DNA of 24,777 nt from a virus (lineage: Duplodnaviria > Caudoviricetes): positions 1 to 24,777 of the IMG/VR virus record IMGVR_UViG_3300020044_003764. One strand, written 5' to 3'. The position numbers and the translations under genes were made by a program. The notes under the pieces were generated by a model that saw only the letters and a program-made list of their open reading frames with translations, was not told the origin of the DNA and ran no database searches. Of this stretch, positions 24,666 to 24,777 are shown in pieces. Every line of letters begins with the position of its first letter. Position 1 is the first letter of the stretch.

Positions 24666-24777
24666 CAACACCCGTTGATGGCAAGGTGCAAAGGATTTAA
24701 TCATGCTGGACAAACAGAACATAATCGTTGAGTACATTGAAGCACCTGCTGGCAACAAAGGAATTGTTTTCCAAGTC
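24666..24777 (+). repeat. Terminal inverted copy of the terL stop/portal start region
   Basis: On + it encodes ...TPVDGKVQRI* then MLDKQNIIVEYIEAPAGNKGIVFQV, identical to 20951-20840. Confidence 0.95.

Noticed and set aside
24534-24758. 74-aa ORF and the MPSTG start of 24352..24684
   Set aside because: Both begin inside the inverted terminal copy and are products of the junction.
1-24777. Alternative genetic code, tRNA genes, integrase/att site
   Set aside because: Genes are full length under the standard code except for the single terL frame break. No cloverleaf or recombinase was recognised by eye; tRNAscan-SE or ARAGORN would confirm.

Overview
About 25 kb of a tailed dsDNA phage genome, podovirus-like. 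The host is probably a Gram-negative proteobacterium, inferred from a SAR-type endolysin with nested Rz/Rz1 and an SSB ending in DDIPF. There are three blocks. (1) Minus-strand replication/nin-like operon, 5270 to 1: wHTH proteins, O-like initiator with iterons, PAPS-reductase-like protein, RuvC-like, NinB-like, Ref-like nuclease, HNH. (2) Plus-strand recombination/nucleotide operon, 5500-8138: SSAP-like, YqaJ-like exonuclease, SSB, MazG-like, DUF3310-like. (3) Minus-strand late operon, about 24665 to 8131: GNAT-like, probable TerS, four small ORFs, TerL (frame-broken), portal, scaffold, major capsid, adaptor, collagen-like fibre, Gly-rich/propeller fibre, chaperone, HNH, GT2-TPR glycosyltransferase, lysis cassette. 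No integrase or repressor is recognisable. The main second-look items are: a twice-occurring, covarying three-way-junction/pseudoknot leader RNA upstream of the initiator and an HNH gene; an HNH cassette that appears to have replaced its host gene's 3' end, leaving the old end behind; a Thr-rich collagen fibre paired with a glycosyltransferase (possible virion glycosylation); a -1 frame break in terL; and an exact 112-bp inverted copy of the terL/portal junction at the window end (probably a chimera artefact). All family assignments are from motif recognition by eye, not database searches.
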